Positions 36,150-41,635 of a DNA stretch of 41,635 bases are shown one piece after another (position 1 is the stretch's first letter; each line of letters starts with the position of its first letter). Source of the stretch: Pelomyxa schiedti (Eukaryota; Protista; Evosea); the NCBI GenBank assembly GCA_020536535.1, contig JAHLWZ010000434.1, forward strand, positions 1 to 41,635, read 5' to 3'. Under the pieces are notes generated by a model. That model was not told the origin of the DNA, did not search any database, and saw only the letters and a list, made by a program, of their open reading frames with translations. A program made the position numbers and the translations under genes.

Positions 36150-38649
36150 ATGAGCGTTGACCAAGAAAGCTCGAAACCGAACGGAATGATGAATCGCAAT
36201 GTTGACAACCAACCGGTGACGGCGTGCTGGGTCTGTTACAACCCCATTGTTTGTGACGATGCTCAGGGGCACCCACGATCACAAATGGTGTGGCCTCACA
36301 AGAAACTTATGGGTGGGGTGACGTGTGGATACTTACCTTTTTTGCTCGAACAGGAGTGCGGACACAGAGTGTGCGGGGGTTGCATGGTGTCACTCTGTAC
36401 ATCCGCCTATTTGTCATCGTCATCACCACAACAACTTGGGACCACCAACGGGGGTGGGGGTGATGTGGACATCGAGTGCAGGGTGTGCCACCACGTGACA
36501 TCGCTCAGTGTGTGGGATGTCTTTGCTGATGCCCCTGTTGGTGCCCGTCATCGTGGTGGTGCATTGTTCCAACCAGGTTTGCTGCTCCCGAATTGTCCAC
36601 GAAATATATCACACACAGCAGGGAAGTGCGTGTTGCACCCAGACAGGCCACTGGAGAGGTTCTGTGTCACTGACAACCTCCTCGTGTGCCTCGAGTGTGC
36701 CTTGGATCATCACCGCACTCACGAATTGGTTACAATCGCAAGACAGGCACAAACAACAGCTGAGCAGGTTCCCAGAATTGTGGAGTTCATCAAAAAGAAG
36801 AGAACCCTCATGGAAGAATCAGCACAACAAACTGAAGATGCCATCAGACTCCTCACCAAGGTGTGCAGTAATGACCCAATTGATTCGATTTGATTAAAAC
36901 AGACAAAAAAGCGGCAAAGGAGAGTTGAAGGGCACATCAGGGGCACAATCAACAGACTGATGAAGGAACTTCAGAAAAAGAAGGACGCACTGCTTGCCAA
37001 CACATCAAAATTCTTTGAAACCAGGAGGAGATCCCTCAAATTGCATCTGAAATGCACTCAATCTGCTGTTTCTCAGTTGAGTCAATCTGAGACTCAGTTC
37101 AGTACATCCACGGGCTCTTGTGAAGCACAGACTGGTGGGATCCCCCTGTCTTCACTTGTCATCATTACATGCAATCCAGTCCTCTCAAATTCCAGCAACT
37201 GGAAAACTTCTGTGTTGTTGGTTTGTTTGACTCCATTACTTTCATTTTTTGTGACATACACTCAGGAACAACCATTGTTGAGTGTGTGTGAGGGCAGATT
37301 TAAAATAAAACAGGAAGATGCCCCTGCTGCTCTCTCATGCGTGAAAAACATGTCACTTTCAAGTGTGTAACATTGACTTGAAAGGGTCATGCTAAACAAA
37401 AACAGATGTGGTCGGAGAAGAAGAGTTTGCACTGCAGACAATGAGGCTCTTTGTTGAAGGTGAGTTCAAACAGTGCTTTGACAACTGCCTTGAAATGTTC
37501 CTTTGTCCCTCTCATGGGCCTCTTTGTGAAATACATTACAACAACAAACATGATCAGGAAAACCACGTATGTCCAAGAGGTGCAAGGGAGACACACAACC
37601 TGTCTGAAGCAGTTGCCCTTCTTCTTCTATATTTCATGTTGTACCTCAAACCTTTCCTCTTCAACAGCCTTGGCCCGTTTACAAAGCATCCAGCAGTCTA
37701 CATCAGGGAGGTCTTGCTCCCCAGGAGCTCCCCAGAATCACAAGTTTTTCTCAAAGTTGTGACTGATACAGCCCACAGATTGGTTCGACTGGAACCTCCC
37801 CCAGCACCCAGGTCCAGATTCTGGTCTCTGTTTCAGCCTTCACCAGAACAACAACCACCAGAAATAAATCCACACACTGAATGGAAGTGTGGTGTTGCTG
37901 CATTGGCACAGGTGATGCGTGGGTTCATGTTCATCTGGGGTGTTGGTGATGTGAGTGGGTGCACTACAAATTACGTAAACGAATGGAATGCGGTGATCTC
38001 ATCTTTTTGGGCGTGGCCACGCCCAATACACTCATCCTCATGCCTCAAAATCCCCATGGCATTGGCTGATACCTTCCAGGAGCTTTACGGCCCACACGTC
38101 ACCAGCACAGCCACTTCACAGTTCTTTGCGGTGGCAGCACACTTTGGCAACGTTGTGGCACAGGGGATGCTTGGTAATTTCCAGCCGAGTGTAGCTCGAA
38201 ATCGTGTTTGGACACCCATGGACAACCTCAGGGAGGCAGTGCAGTGGCTCACAAAGGCATCAGAGGGTGGTGATGCAGGGGCACAGTATCACCTGGCCCA
38301 GTTGTATGAGACTGGGTGGGAGGGTGCTGGTGTGAGGAAAGATGTGGCGGAAGCAATGAGGCTGTACAGGTTGTCCGCTGACCAAGGGTGGGGGGAGGCA
38401 CAATACAGGCTGGGTGTGTTACTGGTGAATGGTTGTGGTCGTGGCACAACAACAAACGGCAGTGGGGGCGGATTGGGGCAAAATGAACTGTACCAACAAC
38501 AACAGAAGTGGGGAGAGGGTGTTGATCTGTTGTTGTTGGCTGCAGACCAAGGCAACAAAAAGGCACAGGACAAGCTAATGATGATGAACTCTCAGCATGT
38601 TAAAGAGAGGGCGGCTGCTCTGCTCCTCCCCTCCTTCCTTGTAGGATAG
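36150..38649 (+). CDS. TRIM-like RING / B-box / coiled-coil protein with C-terminal SEL1-like repeats
   Basis: RING CWVC...CGHRVCGGC...CRVC; B-box CVLHPDRPLERFCVTDNLLVCLECALDHHRTH; coiled coil. GT-AG introns 36861-36902 and 37363-37405 join the three ORFs in frame. SEL1 repeats EAVQWLTKASEGGDAGAQYHLAQLYETG..GVRKDVAEAMRLYRLSADQGWGEAQYRLG. Confidence 0.85.
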
Positions 38650-38718
38650 GAAAAAAAAAGAAGGGAAACATGGGGAGTTTAATCACTACACAAAAAAATA
38701 AGTGAAGAATCAGACAAT

Positions 38719-39618
38719 TCAGTGCTTCAGAATAGAAATTGGACACCTTGAGCTTGTTGTTGTGGAAAATGTCTTGTCTGTGGTGAACACGATGGTGGGG
38801 TTGTTGGAGACAGGGATCAGTATTTCACCATTATTGCAGCCACCAAGGAACCGAATGAGCAGACCTTGAGGTAACTTTTCAAACTGCAGAATGTCCTTGT
38901 GGTGCAGTGCCTCCCCGCAATTATTAATTACAGTATGATCAAACATTGGGAGCACTGCTGCCTGCTCTGGTATTATCAGATTGTCAACTGCTTTCTGGTT
39001 TGACCTCGGCCACACCTAAATAAGCCTCAATACAATTCTTTCACAGCACCACAAAGCCAACAATAATATTACATAGAAATGCTGTAATAATATTAATGAC
39101 TACACACCGGCAAAGGAATATATCAACCCGTCCCTATTACATTAACGATAAGTAACCAATACCTGAACCCATTTGGCTGGGCCCTGCCACAGCTTCCACA
39201 CGCCGTTGGACGCAGGAGATATGCTCAGGGCCACGCGGCGGTCGTCCCTCCACACATAAACCAGCTTGTGGTCCCCGCTCCCGAGCATGGGGTGGTTGCC
39301 AGGGGCCGGCTCGTTGGCCGCGAAGTGCCACGCCTCCCGCCCAACCTCCACGTCGTACCTCCGCCGGGCCTCCACCTCGACCGCCGAGGGGCGCCCCGCG
39401 ACCAGCAGCCGGCACACCGACGCGAGGACCGCTGGGGGGACCCGCCGGAGGAGGACCGCGGGGGGACCCCCTCCCTCGGAGGCGCCGCCGCAGCGGGGGT
39501 GGAGGGACAGGAGCAGGGCCAGGGACTGCTGGCCGGCGTAGGACAGGGTGGGCATGGGGCCTCGCGAGTGGGCCTTGGGGCCTGGGAGGGGTGGCGGAGG
39601 TGGTGGTGCTGATGCCAT
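38719..39618 (-). CDS. Uncharacterised two-exon protein, HPRCG-motif family, paralog B
   Basis: MASAPPP..GQQSLALLLSLHPRCGG..RRVPPAVLASVCRLLV...SNGVWKLWQGPAKWVQ|VWPRSNQKAVDNLIIP...RCPISILKH*. Intron 39016-39162 is at the same position and phase as in paralog A. Confidence 0.82.
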
Positions 39619-39757
39619 AGTAAACCAAGTTGCTTGTTGCTTGTGCTTGTTAGTGAATAACAAGAAAAGAGTTGATTCTGGGAATGGCTTTCAGCTACAT
39701 CTATTTTGGGTTTTCAGTTTCTTCACTGAAGGAGAGAACTGTCTGGTGTAGTGTTTT

Positions 39758-41635
39758 TTACAAGGACTTGATTGCAGAGAGGATGCGGGAACGGGTGCAG
39801 TGAGTGTCACAAAGAGAACGGAATTCTGTGCGGTCCAGAACTCGCCGGGTGTACACTTCTATTGTTTGTTGAGGTTGTTTTGGGTGTTTTTGTGTTGTGA
39901 TTGTTAGTGCGTGCTTCCACCGGCGGTGATTTTAGGGTGTTGTTGTTATTACCTGCGAAAACCGGGTAAGTGTATTCCACTGTGAGGGGTTCGAAAAGGA
40001 GTGTAATATCTTCTCTGGGTGCCACCGGCCTTGGTGGGATGTGGAACTTGATATCAAGCTTCTTGGTTCCCCAGCCAAGAACACACCTTATGGAAAAGTT
40101 ACAACAAGAAGAAGGAGGCATTATTATACCAGACTTTCATCTTCTTTTTCTCTTGATCGTAAAAAACTGGTGTCATCATTCTGTTGTCAGCCTGATTGAT
40201 TTTAAATATTTTGAGTATATTCAGAAACAAGAAAATAAAGAGAAACAGAGCGGGAAGTGCACTTTCACATCATTATCAGCTGCAATATTTAACAGCCAGG
40301 CTCGGGCCATTTCCAAGTCTCTTTGATCATCCTTGCGGACAGAAGAACTCGCTTGCGGAGATGAAAGAGAAGGAGGAGAGGGAGAAGCGCATGCCCGGCA
40401 TAAATCATAGTTGCATATGTGGCAGTGAAAAGAGTAATCATCTTGCTTCACGGTGTTGCAAAGTGCGCATGAGAACCTGGAAACAGTTTTGAGAGATTGA
40501 AAATATAAAGTGCAGTCCGAACCCATTTGCGTGGTGTGGCCTGAGCTCAGTTCGGTGCAACTTGGAAACATAAAAAAGGGGATGACCGGCAGGGCATTTT
40601 GCAGTGCACTCGGGGCATACTAAATAATATATGGATACATTTATTGATAGTTTGTGGTTTTGTTCACTGCCAAAAAATAATAAAGGAGATGGCCACTTAC
40701 AGTCATATCTACATTGTGTGCAATGCATCACAGGGCATGAGTTCTTGGGTAACTTGCAACCGTCACATGTATAATGCAAATTCACATATTTGGGATCTTC
40801 TTGCTGCAGTTCTTGCAGTGAAGAATAAGGTATTAAAGTGTGCCCTTTGGTGCACAGATTAACAGATGTGCGACTGCTGGTTGAGGTTGTTTTAGGAACA
40901 GAGCCCATTGGCGGCTGGGATACACCCACGTTCAGCCCAAATGGGTCCCAGCTGCTATCTCCAAAGAAAGAAGCAATAATGGCTGTGGAATTGCCGGTGG
41001 AAGGTGTGACATGACCCAGGTTTAACCCGATCTCATTGAGTACAATCTGATACAGAGATCAATAAAAAGAGAGAACCAAGCAAAAAAGGAAAGAACTTGA
41101 TAAAACCCTTCAAAAAGAGAAATCATGAAATCAAGCTCCTCTGCAAGAGTCATGGTAGGTTCCGTATCTCCTCCAGAAATCCTTCTCATGGAACGGAGGT
41201 CCGTTTCTGTGGATTTTGTTTACAATGTGTGATTTAAAGCTGATGAACCAGAGAAAGATTCGAAAAGAAGTTGCTTGACCGTGCAGTAAGACTCAGAACG
41301 CCGTTTATAATAAGTTGCAAGTGGTTCAATGGTCAACTTTGGCTTGACAAGTATTTCCATGGGATCCCGTATGTCACAGGTACATGTCTCACCAGCGAAA
41401 TCCACCTGCATTCAACAAAAAAAAAATCTCAACACTTCAATTTAGTGCAACTCTTGAGCAGACAGACCTGCTTGATATGAGTTTCCCGCGTGAGAGCCAT
41501 AAGAGCTTTGAAAAGATTGGCGAGCTCACTTTTGTATTCTTCGGACATGTGAATCTTCAGTGCTTCAGCGTTTTTCTCTGGAGAAAGGAGGCATTCAAGG
41601 GCCCAAATGCAGTGCTCATACCTGACTGAGAGCGT
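39758..41635 (-). CDS. Uncharacterised protein (5' end outside window) with two ZZ-like zinc fingers embedded in a conserved unknown domain
   Basis: Continuous spliced reading: YEHCIWALECLL..YKSELANLFKALMALTRETHIKQ|..PKLTIEPLATYYKRRSESY..LAEELDFMISLF..[CTKGH..YTCDGC..MHCTQCRYDLCPEC][CPAGH..FSCALC..FHCHICNYDLCRAC]..DNRMMTPVFYDQ..KVWCVLGW..YPVFAEVYTRRVLDRTEFRSLCD..KSL*. Confidence 0.8.

Noticed and set aside
40480-40530. Apparent frameshift between the halves of the second ZZ-like finger
   Set aside because: Resolved by a short GT-AG intron (..ANG|FSCALC).

Overview
This is eukaryotic, gene-dense, intron-rich DNA. Most introns are about 40-65 nt and first introns are longer, so the six-frame ORF track fragments nearly every gene; the models below were spliced by hand. 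It is probably an amoebozoan protist. The 'QxLALLLSxHPRCG' gene family recalls the Pelomyxa (Archamoebae) proteome, but that is from memory and unverified. The right two-thirds (16.4-41.6 kb) holds apparently intact genes: RBM25-like (RRM+PWI), cytosolic AsnRS, PA-domain M28 aminopeptidase, a coiled-coil/SAM/SAM/U-box protein, a PH-domain protein, eEF2, a Stealth-family phosphotransferase, two HPRCG-family paralogs flanking a RING/B-box/coiled-coil/SEL1 gene, and a 5'-truncated gene with two ZZ-like fingers. The left third (1-16 kb) is a patchwork of local duplications: a PH-gene copy, a decayed RBM25+AsnRS copy, an EF-hand relic and two inverted paralogous kinases with an RRM-like N-terminal module, one carrying a foldback/MITE-like insertion in intron 1. 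The main leads are: (1) a class II AsnRS whose N-terminal appendage looks like the class I GlnRS N-terminal (YqeY/GatB-like) tRNA-binding domain; (2) RRM-like + non-RD kinases; (3) a TRIM-like RBCC-SEL1 fusion; (4) an apparent GA-AG intron; (5) a hairpin element whose loop is flipped between its two copies. There are five 100-N scaffold gaps; three are flanked by artefactual ~120-bp duplications. All family calls rest on motif recognition by eye; no searches were run.
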